Origin: Rhodosorus marinus CCMP1338
Lineage: Eukaryota; Plantae; Rhodophyta
Direction: 5' to 3'
Length of the DNA stretch: 64,000 nt
Assembly (NCBI GenBank): GCA_029953675.1
Contig: JAMWBK010000008.1
Location: forward strand, 1,426,001 to 1,490,000
Part shown: piece after piece, positions 33,806-46,900 of the stretch
How positions within the stretch are numbered: the first letter of the stretch is position 1
How the letters are laid out: each line of letters starts with the position of its first letter
The notes under the pieces: model-generated
What the model saw: the letters and a program-made list of their open reading frames with translations, nothing else
What the model was told of the DNA's origin: nothing
Database searches by the model: none
Program-made: the position numbers and the translations under genes

Positions 33806-36800
33806 ATGAAAGGGACTGGTCCTGGAAATGGATTTGAATCTGTGGAATCGGGAGTCAAGCTCGATGAGATTGTCTCGTCGTTCAAGTCTATGGTGGAACT
33901 GAGGGACCGCAGCTACATGCTGAAGATGTACCAGAACTGTTTCGTTGGGTCTGATGCTGTGGATACCCTGATTGAGAAGGGATTTGTCACGAACAGGAAG
34001 GATGCGGTTACGGTTTGTCAAATGATGCTTACAGAGGGAATTTTCCACCACGTCTTGCGCGAACATCAGTTCAAAGATGCTAAACTGTTCTATCAGTTCA
34101 CGGAAGGCCATGGAGAGAAACTCGTCAGGGTAGGGTTGATGTCCTTAGAGCCTCAAATCTCGACTTTCTGCAGCATCTAACGGCTTCGGAAAGCCCCGCT
34201 TCTTTCCATTCCGACCGCTTCTTATAGGAAGGTTCAAAAGTATCCTGGTCGGATTTCATCAAGCCAGGTGAATCAGATCAAAAACTCCTCACCTCTGTCT
34301 TTCCAGAATCATATTGAAATCCCAGGCTCCATCCGTCTGCCCAAAAAAACACACCTTCTGTCTTGTTCCGATCAGAGACGATGGAAATCGACGATTCTCT
34401 TCAACCCGCCATGCCCGTGTCTTCAGAAACCCCGGAGATAACCCAAGACTTACCTCAGACCGATCTCAATATATCCGGACAGCTTTATCCACTGGATGAA
34501 TACAACTTGAGGCTTCTTGACAACACCCATCCGTCGGCATGGCAAGATCCACAGAACAAACGAAAGTATCAGATGCTCGTTATCGGTAAGGTTTATGTGG
34601 AACCCTCCTCGACTCTTGAGTAACTATTGGATGCCATGCAATAGCTTCAGCTCAACTTGGGATGCTTGGAATAGCTTCAGCTCTTGGACGAAAGAGCTTA
34701 GAGCTTTCTTGACCCGGGGGGGCGGATTCAAATTCAGTTTCAACAACCTGAATTTGTCAAGCACGATCGGATAGTAGATTGTTATCTCTGGTTTCATGAA
34801 GACATGCGTCGTGTCGTACTATACACACTACGAATATCTTCTGGTTCCGAATGAAGAATGTATCTGCAGAGGTTTCAACAGATGGGGACTGGATGCCATG
34901 ACTTACTGCCATCCTGCGGAGAGTCATGGCATCCGGTCGTCTGCATCTGCTAAGTTCTTATTGCCGGCTTCCGAGAACTATGACTTACCAACACTAGCAC
35001 CAGAGTGTTTGTCTGAAGGTCTTTTGGTGTTGACTGTTTGTTTATAGGTGGTGGAACTGGAGGACTTGTCGCTGCCGCTGGATCGGCTGGTGTGGGAGCT
35101 CGTGTAGCGATGATCGAGAAGAATCTGCTTGGTGGAGACTGCCTCAACTTTGGATGCGTTCCCTCCAAGGCTCTTATATCTGCGGCCAAGAGATACCACG
35201 CCGTGACAAATGATCAGTCGCTGAGCGAATTCGGAATTTCTGTAGAGGGTGCCAAGATCGACTTTGGAAAAGTCATGGAGCGGCTTCGGAGACTCCGCGC
35301 AGGTAGGAATGCTCTCCGCCTTGTGCTTGTACACAAACCATGAGCTTACGGAACCCCCACTCCCCCGCCCCGTCATTTAGACATCTCCGTCAATGATTCC
35401 GCGGAGAGATTCGCGTCCAAGCTCGGGGTGGACGTGTACCTCGGAGAGGCAAAGTTCATTGACAAGAACACAGTGGAAGTCAATGGTCAGAAGCTCACTT
35501 TTGCAAAGTGTACAATCGCGACCGGTGGGGCTCCTCGTCTACCAGACCTATCGGGCATCAAGGAACTCTTCGAAGCATACCATAGGAAAGAACCTGAAGC
35601 ACCAACCATCGTGACGAACGAGAGCATTTTCAACCTGACAGAGCTGCCGAAGAGGTTTGCAGTGATAGGAAACGGTAGGATAAGCAGCTCTTGCTAGTAG
35701 GAAAAGACGTCTGCTGAACTTGAAGAGCTTCCGTCTTAGGGGCTGTTGGCATGGAACTTGCTCAGTCAATGACTCGGTTTGGGTCCGAGGTGACTGTGTT
35801 TGGTCGAAGCCGTAGAATCATGGGGAAGGAAGATGCGGACATCGCGAAGATACTGGAGGACAGGATGACATCGGAAGGTACCACGTTCCAACTGAGCGTG
35901 GAGAAGTATGTCAGCCTGAAGAAGACCGGTGTGAAGAATGGATCTTTCATGGAAATGGAGATGGAGGTTGTACTTGAGGGAGGGGAGCCCAAGACGTTTG
36001 TTATCGATACTCTGCTTGTAGCGGCGGGGAGAACTCCCAACGTGAGCAGCCTGGATCTGGAAAACGCTGGCGTCAAGTACGACAGGAAAGAGTAGGTTTT
36101 GTGGAACCGCATGGTGTTGCCCTAAGCGATGCGTTGAGGTTTGTAACTGATTCGTATGGATTTGATCTCCATCTGCAGGGGAATTATTGTTAGTGACGGG
36201 CTGGAGACAAGTACGAAGGGCATTTTCGCTGTCGGAGACTGTTGTTCAGCGTACAAGTTCACTCATGTGGCCGACTTCATGGCGAGACTCGTTGTGCGCA
36301 ATGCGTTGTTCTTCGGAAAGGACAAGTTTTCTCGCCTGATTATTCCCTGGTGTACTTACACTGAGCCGGAGATTGCTCACGTTGGTCTTTACGAGAAGGA
36401 TATCTCGGAGAAAGGTGAAGTGGTTACGGTGCAGAAGAACTTTGCGGACAATGACAGGGCCATCCTGGACGGAGAAACAGAAGGGTTCGTCCGGATTCAC
36501 ACGCTGAAGGGATCGGACAAGATCCTAGGAGCGTCGATTGTTGGTGCCAATGCTGGAGACTTGATCAGGTACAGAAACAAGCAACCGATGACCAGGCTCT
36601 CCACTTGCAACTTCACGTTTACACATGCTTTTCTGTTTATCCTTTTGGCAGTGAGCTAACTCTTGCCATGAACGCCGACTATGGCCTCGGATCTGTTGCG
36701 AGCGTGATTCACCCTTACCCGACTCGGGCGGATGCGATTCGGGCATCGGGAGATCTGTTGAACAAAAACCGCCTCACCCCGACCGTCCGTACCATCCTAA

Positions 36801-36826
36801 GGCAGGTTCTGAAACTACAGAACTGA
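33806..36826 (+). CDS. DEP domain fused to a MerA-like pyridine nucleotide-disulfide oxidoreductase, copy 2
   Basis: Eight exons (33806-34129, 34228-34267, 34376-34585, 35048-35302, 35381-35674, 35740-36091, 36179-36568, 36652-36826) give 679 aa, with an alternative ATG at 33737. All 7 intron positions and phases match copy 1. Motifs GGDCLNFGCVPSK, IGNGAVGME and IHPYPTRAD. Confidence 0.9.
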
Positions 36827-37699
36827 GCCATACTGGAAACGACTATCTACCCGGACATCCCTTTTTTTTTGAACCTGTTGTTCAGACAAACCAAACTGCT
36901 CGGGAAACAGACAAGCGTGTAGCCGAAACATTCACTGGGCAGCTGCATACTGCAGCGCGACGCGGTCGACGAGTGCCTCTCACGATCCATATTACTCACC
37001 AAGTCGTAGCCCCTTCTCGCAAGGCACATTGCTTGTATGATCTGTCTCGGTGGCTGGGTTTCCTCCGTTGCCATGGTAGACTTGTTGAAGTGCGATCGAC
37101 TAGACCAAGCGCACGTCTACAATGGCCATGGCCATGGGGGGTTTAGATGGTCCCTCCATTCTCTGGTAGGGCTGTGTCCAACCCGGTTGTACGTTGATTC
37201 GCGTATGGACCAGCCAGGGCACAACCAGGTCATCGATTTCTTGATCATCTTTGGACCGCTATTTGGAATGGTACTGCCATTCTCGCTGGCGGGGAGTTGT
37301 CGAGCCTGGTTGCCTGACGATGCGCATGTGAACTGACCGGTGGCGAGAACGGAAGCACCTTTTCAAATTGCGGTGCTGTCATTACGGCGTCGGCAGGTTC
37401 TGAGGAAAGGCATACATCGATGCGGGTATAGTGCGTAGTGAGTCGACAATGTGCGCTGTTCGCTCGTCTTGTAGAACTGAGAATAGCATCAGGAAAGCCG
37501 AGTAAATCCGGTTCGAAGACAAGTCGCAGTTCCTACCAAGCTCTCGTTTCTCAAAGGATCACTATCAAGACCTGAGAGAGGCGAGCGACGAGCTCTTCGA
37601 GCCTCCGTGAAGGGAAGACGCAAGTTTTACTGTACTACAAACCCTTCTATGTTCTCTTTTCTTCTGTTTGATTGTGGGAGCAAAGAAAAGAGGGCCTCG

Positions 37700-39020
37700 C
37701 TAGCTCTCAGCAGCCAACTCATCAGCCGCTTCCGAAAAGTCCATTGAGGCCGCAGCCATCTGAATCGCTCCCTCTACAGTTCTATTTCCTCCTGTCACGC
37801 AGTCCGATCCAAGAAAGCCATGAACTCAGTTTCCGTAAGAGCCGGTCGACAGGTTCCAGGAGAACTCAACTTACCAATGAACCCGCTCATATGGGTGAAA
37901 ACGCAGTCCGGTATTCCGGCAACCGCAGATAGTTCCTTATCGTTTAGCCCTCTCCATGGCTTTGGCAGTGCTTTCCGAAGAGTGAAAGAGGACTCATCAA
38001 GACCAACACCTTGCACACGCCAGCTCTCCGCGTTCGCAGCGAGATAGATCACATATTTGGTTTCGAAACCAAGCTCCGCTTCGACGTCGAAAAGGTGCGA
38101 TTTCCAAGGACAAAATCGCTCCAGCAGAAGCACCTCACCAGACGGATGGACCTAAAATCCAATCACGTCAATCGTTAGGCTCTCCCATGTGAATTGAGAC
38201 CCTGATTCTTCCTGTTGAAAGAAGCACCGGCCATCCTCACCTTAAATCGTCCTTTAATGGCATCAAGAAGAATGCTCTTTCCAGGCAACCATGAATGGTA
38301 AACACTCTTAACGGTGGCTTCGAGTTCTGATCCAGTCAGCTCCATTGCCTTCTCGAAGCAACCGTCGTAGTCCGGATTCTCATCGTCCCAGGATGGATTC
38401 AGACGACACACACGAGCTGGAAGAGAGCTGTTTCTCTCGTACTTGGGTGGAGCATCGGTATCATACTGCTGTATTCCGTTGTCTATACCATCAACTTCCT
38501 CAATAAACGATGAGTAAACCTGTGCACAAGACCAACAAAACCCGAATCAGCTCAAGGAGGCCTCTCCATGTTGAAACGGTCATAGCGCCTGACATACCTT
38601 GTTGTAAACTGTCTCAAGATCCTGTTCAGCAATCTTCTGCTCCAATACGGACTCAATGACCTGTCGGCCAAAGTGTTTGTAGACCAAACCCGCGCTACTC
38701 AGCTTTGTCTTCTTCACCATATTGAACGTCTCGAAGAATCCACGCTGGTGGTGATCAAACCGGAGCTTTTCAGGATCATAGACACCTCCAACATCAACGA
38801 CGCATTCAAGCTCATTAAGAGTCGCCTTATCTCTCGTTCTTACTATCGGCGAGGACTTGAACTTGTCCACTTTCTTCAACATGTAACATGCCAGCGCCTC
38901 ATCACAGTGAAACGATCCGTCATGGGTTCCGATCCTCATGCCTAAACAAGACTGGGAGGCAAGCCCACGTTGTTGTTTCAACTTCACCAAACTCCCGGAA
39001 ACGAAGGACGCTCTACCCAT
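37700..39020 (-). CDS. MYG1: MYG1/UPF0160 exonuclease (DHH-like)
   Basis: RIGTHDGSFHCDEALAC, VVDVGGVYDP...FDHHQRGF, KLSSAGLVYKHFG, LPKPWRGLNDKELS...CVFTHMSGFIGGN. Multi-exon, with an N-terminal extension resembling a targeting peptide. Confidence 0.93.
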
Positions 39021-39881
39021 TCCCAAATGTCTCTCCTAAGAAATGTGAGCTACGACCCGTTTGCTTCTCCAAACCTGAGTCGTTGCCTCCCTCCACAAGG
39101 ACCCCGTGCGGTATTACTTTGGCAACCACAGCCGCAGAGTGAGGCGATGAACAAGTTTTCCGAATTGCTACGGAAGACTGGTGGAGCATGAGGCGGCTGA
39201 ATAGATGCCATGATTAAAGAAAGCTCGATTGAAAAGAATGGCCTCAGGATTCTTTCCTCAAATCTCCACGTCTTCCTCTTCGCAGGATATCTATCCATGC
39301 CATTCTCGACCAGTTGGGAACGCTGGCTGTTATGACTATTGGATGGCAAAAAAGGGTCTCACAAGGCATGATGCTCCACGTTCTCCGCAGAGCGCTATCT
39401 ACAGGCGATGCACATGGGAAGCCTTCCAACTCGCCTGTAATGTTCTTACAGCCTCTTATTGGAATGTGTTTGACAACAATCCCGCGGGTCAAAACGCTAT
39501 TCGCACACGATGGTCACTACCAGACTTTTTCTATTCTGAAGTAAGGTGGCTTTGCTTGGGAGGACGCTGTTTGTCTTCATTGATGTTCCTGGCGCCTTTG
39601 GATGACCATGACGTAGCATTGTTGAGTGAACGATTTCAACTCCACTCGTCACTGCCATCGAGGGGACGGGCTGTCCCCAAATGGAGGACAATCTGTCCAG
39701 GGAAACATACACACAGCTGACAGCAGTTAATCGATTCTTGAGAGGGAATGGGCTTATAGACATAGAGTCTGTACTAGCTGAACTGATACTTGCTTGACAA
39801 AGGACGATGACAGCTTCACTGCAGGATCAATAACTGCAATAAAACGGAGATTGGCTAGTTAGCTGTTAACCTACAGCCTGC

Positions 39882-40638
39882 TTAGAGTGGATAATGTTGA
39901 TGCGGTGACCGTGTCATATTGGAGTCAAAATCTAGCTGGTTGATGGTTGGAGACTCCACTGGATGAAGGTCTCCGGACTGGTCCAAAAACTGCAAGGTAA
40001 ATTCGTCTTACCGCTCTGTTCATGGCAGTTATGATTGGCTCGGTAAGTATGAAAAGCTGCGTAGCATCCATCGCCTCCATCCCGATGATCGCGCGAGCTG
40101 CATCAATATGTCCTACATGATTTGATGATCACTTCTTAAGATCTCCGACCTTCAGCACTGCACACTGTAATAGAAGTCTGAGTTGGTTTCTGTACACGGA
40201 TTTCTTACAGGTATCAGTGCTTTCCGCGATGAGCTTAGCCTCCGCAACCTGATCTTGCTGCGGGACCACTCCCCTAACAAAAAACCTATCCCTTGCCTTG
40301 CCCATTGTGGACCTTTCACCAAAGATGAGAGTTTCGCTTGGATTTTGCATGCTAACAAGTACTGGGGTCCAGCTTTTCCGTTTCTGAAGGAGGTCTGCGG
40401 AGCTCGACTCGCCCGTACTTTCGAGTTGATCAGTTTTCAATCGTTTTACATACTCGCGAACTTGATATCTGCAAAAAAATACAGCCATCCGACGCTTGCC
40501 AACCACACAAGTGCAAACGTGAATCTGGCTAAAGAAGTCAGAAGTACAGAAACCCTGCACATCTGTGCATAGACCCACTGACGCTTGAGGCGCCAAGGCT
40601 TGCTGAACTTCTATAATTAGCGGCCACTGAGGCCCCAT
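39882..40638 (-). CDS. Possible uncharacterised multi-exon protein
   Basis: A 169-codon ORF (40129-40638) plus downstream GT-AG-joinable segments (SRAIIGMEAMDATQLFILTEPIITAMNRA; FLDQSGDLHPVESP...). No family recognised. Confidence 0.3.
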
Positions 40639-40664
40639 GGAGATACCATGCTATACAAACTCAT

Positions 40665-41879
40665 TCAGTGTCGTGTAAATCGCTGACTGCGAATCTCGTG
40701 GCGAAGTCTTTGAATCTTCGACAAGGACGACACTCGGACCCTCTTATGTACAGGTAGAGGACGAGACAGTATCGCAATCTTAGGCCGATTTGGGTTGGAG
40801 CTCTGTTGCGCACTTTCACGCAATCTCCGTGCGGCGGCTTGCAGCCGATCTTCTTTCTCCCGCTCCTTTTCATCATGAAGGGCTCTCCAATGCGAATATC
40901 GCGGCGCAAGCTCCTTCACCCCGTGCTTTTCTTCAATGATACGACTCCAAGCGGCGTCACAGGCCTGCAGAACATACACGAAATGATAAGGTTAATCCAC
41001 GTGACTCTCCGGTCAAAGCTGGACAGGAACATGGTCAGACAGAACAAGACGTACCCTGATATTCAACGGATTCAACTGCTCAATGTGCTTCAGACTCTCC
41101 GCAGTCACATTTTGCAAAAGGATGACCACGTAGTCGTCAGGGATTCCCCCAAGGTACCCAAACTTGTTGCTATGCGCGACGGCCCGCCGCCAGCAAAGCT
41201 CGGCCAACGGTGGAGGAGATTCATCGTCATCACCATTCGCATGATCCAAACGCCACACAACAGTACCGAACTCTTCAGCAACTTTCTCCCTCTGTCGCGG
41301 TAGGCCGTAAATTGTTCTATCACTGCGAACGCTACCGTTCACTAAGGGCGCGGCGGTGGGGAAGCTCGCCTTTCCACTATGCGGAGGTTCCAATCTTCTC
41401 TTCTTTGAACTTTCTCGTCCTACGTGCGCTCTTTTCAAAGGGGTTGGAGAAATCTCATTCCTGGGGCAGGCATGGTCCAGTCGTCGCGCATGCTCAGAGG
41501 TTCTTGTCCCCAAGGCAGGCTCTAATCGGCGTTCACGTTTCTTACGTCCAACGGAATCGCTTCGCCGACTACCTCCAAGGGCGATTTCATGCATTCCAGA
41601 GTTCACCTTCCGCGGAGGACGTCGGGGTCCATGCGCGGCGCCGGGGCTCCTGGCCGTAGGGGAAGTGGTCAGGTCATACCTCCTCGTTGGAGCAGCAGAA
41701 GGTGTGCCGAAAATATCCTCATCGTTCAGGGGCGTGCCACTGTTGCGCCTCTGGGATCTGTCGTAGCTCGACCGCCGAGTAACAGAAGACCCGAAAATGT
41801 CCTCGTCATTTAAATCAGTGCTTCTAGTCGGACAGAGGTCATCAGAACCTAGCTGATCATCTTCCAACCCGGGTCCAGT
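40665..41879 (-). CDS. Elongin A-like protein (5' exons unresolved, probably up to about 42330)
   Basis: BC-box-like PPLAELCWRRAV, then LGGIPDDYVVILLQNVTAESLKHIEQLNP, W..I.E.K.G and WRALHDEKEREKEDRLQAAARRLRES. The N-terminus is low-complexity. An acceptor at 41880 implies upstream exons. Confidence 0.72.
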
Positions 41880-43987
41880 CTAACGGCAAGAAATCAAAAT
41901 CGTCAGCGACTTGGAGTCTCAAAACAACACAACTCCATCAGCAACAAAACATCACCCAGGATTTCCATTCAGTAATCTACTACAATCCAGAAACAACACA
42001 GAGCAACGACAAACATGTCATTTCCCTGTACTGTTCCTGTATGAAAAATGTGCAAAAGGAGAGGAAAGACCCACTTCGTCCCTAAGATTTCTTAACTGAA
42101 AGTCCAGTCACAAACCACTCTACTGACAACCAATAACGGCAACGCCATCAACAAAACACCAGCCCCAAACCCCCCCCCCCCAGATTAAAAAAAAAAGGAC
42201 AAACGTAAACCTGGCATCCCAAAAACAAAAGCATGTCTTCTCTGAAACTCACCTCCAAAGTCTGCTTCCTCTCAAGCTCCTCCTCCCCAGTCGAATCCTC
42301 CAAATACGCTGCTAACACTTCAACCTTCATCCAGCTCAACAACAACTCTCCACATCCCAATCACAATATCGACTGACTTCAATCATCTTCAAATGAAAAC
42401 CGTCCTGGAAAACAACAACCCTACCCCTTCTAACATGATCCCTCACCCAAGAATCTCATCAAACACTACTAAAATAAAATAAAACACGCATCAATTTCAA
42501 CTACCAATTCACCCCTCTCAACTTATACAATCGAATTATATTACTAAATTAGAAGCTCATAATTCCTCCCTTTTTAGCTTGTGAAAATTTAAGGATCACC
42601 TTTTTTTGGTCTGGCCAAAAAAAAAGAAGAAAAAAGGTCCCCGAAAGAACCAATGTTCTCTGGCTCGCCTGCGCTACCCTGAAAACACAGAAAAGCCAAA
42701 ATCGCTCGTCAAGTGCTCTCTCTCTCTCTCTCGCTTTCTCCCTCTCTCACCTCCCAATCTACACTGCGATTTTAGAGCCTGAGCGAGAAATCCCCTTTTT
42801 ATACCCAGCCCGCCTACGGACATGGTTATATAAATTGCTATTGTGGGTTCAAGTTTGCTTGTTTTTTGCTTGTTTATTTTGGTATTTGGACCGGAGTTGG
42901 GGGAGGGGGGTTGGGGGTCCAGCAACCTGTTGATGATTGTCTGGTCATGCGAGAGGGGAGGGTATTTTTGGATTCTTATGAATCGTACCGATGTTAAATT
43001 AACTATGCAAGAAAGCTGAAACAGTTAACAAATTTGAAAAATAAGAGTATTCCATGTACCGTGGTTGAGGTGTGGATAGTTTTTCCGGCGATCTTATCGC
43101 GTCTGGACACGCGCGAGGCGAGCTGTTAACGATTAGTACTACGTGCTATCTGTTTCTGAGCATGAAAATCCCAAAAGTAGTTCGTGAAATGCTCTTAAAG
43201 GACTTAATTTGCGCGATATGTAAATAAACAAATACGGTCTTTGTCAATTATGTACATTGAAAGTCGTTGAAAGTCCCTAATTTACGGCTGTCCACACCGC
43301 AAGGACATGTCCGCCGTATAATCTGAGAAAATACTATAAAAATCAGTCAGAAAGAGGGAACTATATCGTTAATACTGAATCATCAGTTGAATAATTTCAT
43401 AAAACAAAAATATTTATCATTTAAACGGTTTTATTAAACTCTAGCGATTCAATACCTCGAAATTTTTATCAAACGTTGAGTTTTGCGTTTATGAAGAAAA
43501 TCGTAAATAATTCCTTCAGTACGATACCAAAATTAAATCACAATAAATTTAGGTACATCTATGAGTAAAAACAATATATTTGTTGATTATACTATAATTT
43601 TGGCGTCTTTTTGATAAGTGGGTTTTGGGAAGCAACTCGAAGAGGCTTTCAAAAGGTGATGGACGTAGAGAGTGCGATGGAGGTGGGAGAGGGAGGATGA
43701 CGAGCTAAGGAAAATGTGTGTTTGAGTAACAAGTAGAAGATTACATTGAAGAGATGTCTATGGTTCGAATCGATTAATACGTTCTAAAGAACAACTTTTT
43801 GTCTGGTGGATGATTGGGCGGCTTTCTTCAGGGCAGTAGTGCGGTGGAGGAGAGGGGGAGGGGGGTTGAAAAGGTAGGAGGGACCACTTTGGTCTCCCTT
43901 CTTTTTTTTGAGGTTTTGGTTTAGTTGCTAGTGCTTTTGGGTGTTAGCGACTGGGTCCAGGCCTTTGAGAGACGGGTATCGGCAAAC

Positions 43988-46900
43988 ATGGATTACGAGG
44001 ATGAGGAGTTGCATGCTGATGAGGATGACTTTTACTCAGACGAAAAGGAGGACTACGACGATGAAAACGTCGGCGAGGATCAGGAGATCGTCGAGGAGGA
44101 TACGTGGGATATCGTGTCCGCCTATTTCGAGGAAAAGGGATTGGTCAGACAGCAGCTCAACTCCTTCAACGTATTTGTTGAGCATACGATGCAGGTATTG
44201 CGATTATAAATCAGTCCATCCCCAAGTGCTTTCCCACTTGTGGCTTGGGAGCCCATGGAACGTACTCAGTCTCGTCAGTATAGATTCTGAATGATGTATT
44301 CCACCTACATGTTACAAGTCAATTGTAGAGGAAACTAGAGACATCCTGATCATTCCTGAGGAGCAGCATATTCCAGGACAAAGAGCATCAGATGAAGATA
44401 TCAAAGTGAGCTTGCAAATCCTTCGCTCGATGGGCTATTGCACGCCCATGCAGATTCGGGTGAAGACGTCAAACTCACTCCAGACCTTTCTGCAAACCCC
44501 CTCGTCGTTTCTGCCTTCAGTACTTGATTAACTTTGGTCAGCTTCGTTTGTCCAAGCCGACATTTACGGAGGCAAATGCGGAGACGTTTCCGCTCTATCC
44601 TAACAAAGCGAGGCTCCGGAACCTAACCTATTCAGCGCCGTTGTACTGTGACATTACGATGAAGAAGATTCGCGTGTTGAACGAGGAAACTGCGGAGGAG
44701 GAGATGGAAGAGGAGAAAACTAGTAAAGTGTTCATAGGAAGAATACCGATCATGCTTCGGTAAGCCCTACGGCCCAGGACCGCTTTAAGATGACAATGAT
44801 AGTAATAACTAAGCGCGGACCTCAAATCCAATCCCGCCCCCGTGAAGGTCAATGTATTGCTTGCTGGCGGATATGGATGATGAGGCCCTGGCGGCAGTTG
44901 GGGAATGTACAGTAGATCAAGGGGGTTATTTTGTCATAAACGGCAGTGAGAAAGTTCTCATTGCACAGGAGAGAATGAGCACCAATCAGGTGCATGTGTT
45001 TAAGAAAACTATGCCAACGAAGTACTCGCATGTAGCTGAAATCAGGTCAATAGCGGAGGGAGGCAAGCCCGTTCCTACTGCTTTTAAGGTATGCGAAGCG
45101 CAAGACGGGTTTTGGCATTTGAGTCCGCTGAGCCTTAGCCTCACAAAAAGTCCTCCTCTTTCATTGAACATTTCTCAGGTTGCACTGCAAGGCCGAGGAG
45201 GGAAGGCAGAACAAGCAAGCAGTCATATCATCGTGGCTACATTGCCTAATATTCGCGCTGACATACCGGTTGTAATTTTGTTTCGTGCACTCGGATTTGA
45301 GAACGATAAGGAGGTATCGTGCCCATAGGCGCTGGGAGGAAACTAGGAGCTTTTTAAATTGTTTAACATCTAAACGATGGAACATGTTGCCCCTCTAGGT
45401 GATGAGTCATATTTGTTACAACCTCGCGGATGAGGAGATGATGACAATGCTCATGCCATCAATTGAAGAAGCGGCTCCGATTCAGGACTCGCAAGTTGCC
45501 CTGGACTACATCGCAAAGCGAGGACCTGGTGATGTTGTGCGATCGGACAGACAGCGGCGAATCAAGTACGCAAAGGAGCTTCTTCAGAAGGAACTCTTGC
45601 CTCATATAGGTATCGGCGAAGTAAGTACAATTCAGCAGCTCAACTATCGGCGTGATGTCTTGTGCTCGAGAGCTCATCGTGAGGTTTGCTTTTGCGTGCT
45701 AGGGTATCGAACTACAAAAGGGATTTTTCCTTGGATACATGATCAATCGTCTGCTCTCGGTCGCAATGGGACGACGAGACGAGGATGACAGAGATCACTA
45801 CGGTAACAAGCGGCTGGACTTGGCGGGAGCGTTGCTGGCAACGCTTTTCCGACAGCTTTTCAGACAAATGGTGGACGAAACCCAGAGAGAATACAGAAGA
45901 TTGGTCAATGACGGTCACTTCAACATGGAAACGGACGCATTGGACAGGATCAACTCTAAGAAGATTACGAACGGCCTGAAATATGCGCTGGCAACCGGCA
46001 ACTGGAATGCTGATCGAACGGCCGGTGTGAGGACCGGGGTTTCCCAGGTAACTATACAGTTCTGCGGGAAAAACGCCTGTTTTCTCTTGGCGACGCTCAG
46101 TTGCTCAAATCTTTTTTGCGGTGAACGCAGGTGCTGAGCAGATTGACCTACGCGTCCTCGCTTTCTCAGCTAAGGCGACTAAATTCACCTATTGGCCGAG
46201 ATGGAAAGCTTGCAAAGCCAAGGCAGTTGCACAATACGTTGTGGGGTAAGCACCCTGCACTAACCTCAACAAATTCTTCGTCTCGGACGCTGAAAAGGTG
46301 CGTTTGCTAAAATGAACTTCCAGGAATGATTTGTCCTGCGGAGACACCAGAGGGACAGGCGGTGGGACTGGTGAAGAATCTTGCTCTAATGGCGGAGATA
46401 TCGGTCGGTTCATCCTCTGAACCAGTCCTTACGTTCTTGGAGGAATTGACGACGGATACTCTTTACGAGATTTCTACCCAAGACATTCCCGACGCATGTA
46501 AAATGTACGAAAACCTTTTAATGGAGTGGACGCGGGATAGAACTATTCTTTTGGAGTTGTTCACAAGGGCTCATACTATTCTCTTCTGTTCTGCCGACCC
46601 CCCGATAGATTTGTCAATGGAACATGGCTAGGAATCCATAGGGACCAGGAGTATTTGCTCGATACGATCCGACTTTTCAGAAGAAGGGGCGAGGGAATTG
46701 ATGCAGAAGTATCCATAGTCATGGATCACCAGTATAAGGAACTCAGAATTCACACCGACAGTGGAAGAGTAAGTTGGCCTTCTGGTTTTGAGCATTCAGT
46801 GGCTTGCCGAGTTTGCTGGCGGGTCTCTTTTTTTGTCCTTTTCTGAATTTCTGCGGACTGCCCCAAACATGTGTAAAGGTTCTGAGGCCGTTGCTGATCG

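Noticed and set aside
27944-36826. Calling the reductases true mercuric reductase (merA) or dihydrolipoamide dehydrogenase
   Set aside because: They lack the C-terminal Cys-Cys pair and NmerA domain of MerA and the HPTxxE His of LPD. Only MerA-like is supported.
40035-40052. atacttacc on the minus strand as a U1 snRNA 5' end
   Set aside because: There is no downstream U1 stem-loop or Sm-site similarity, so this is a chance 9-mer match.
42716-42732. (CT)n microsatellite
   Set aside because: Short and common, with no further significance visible.
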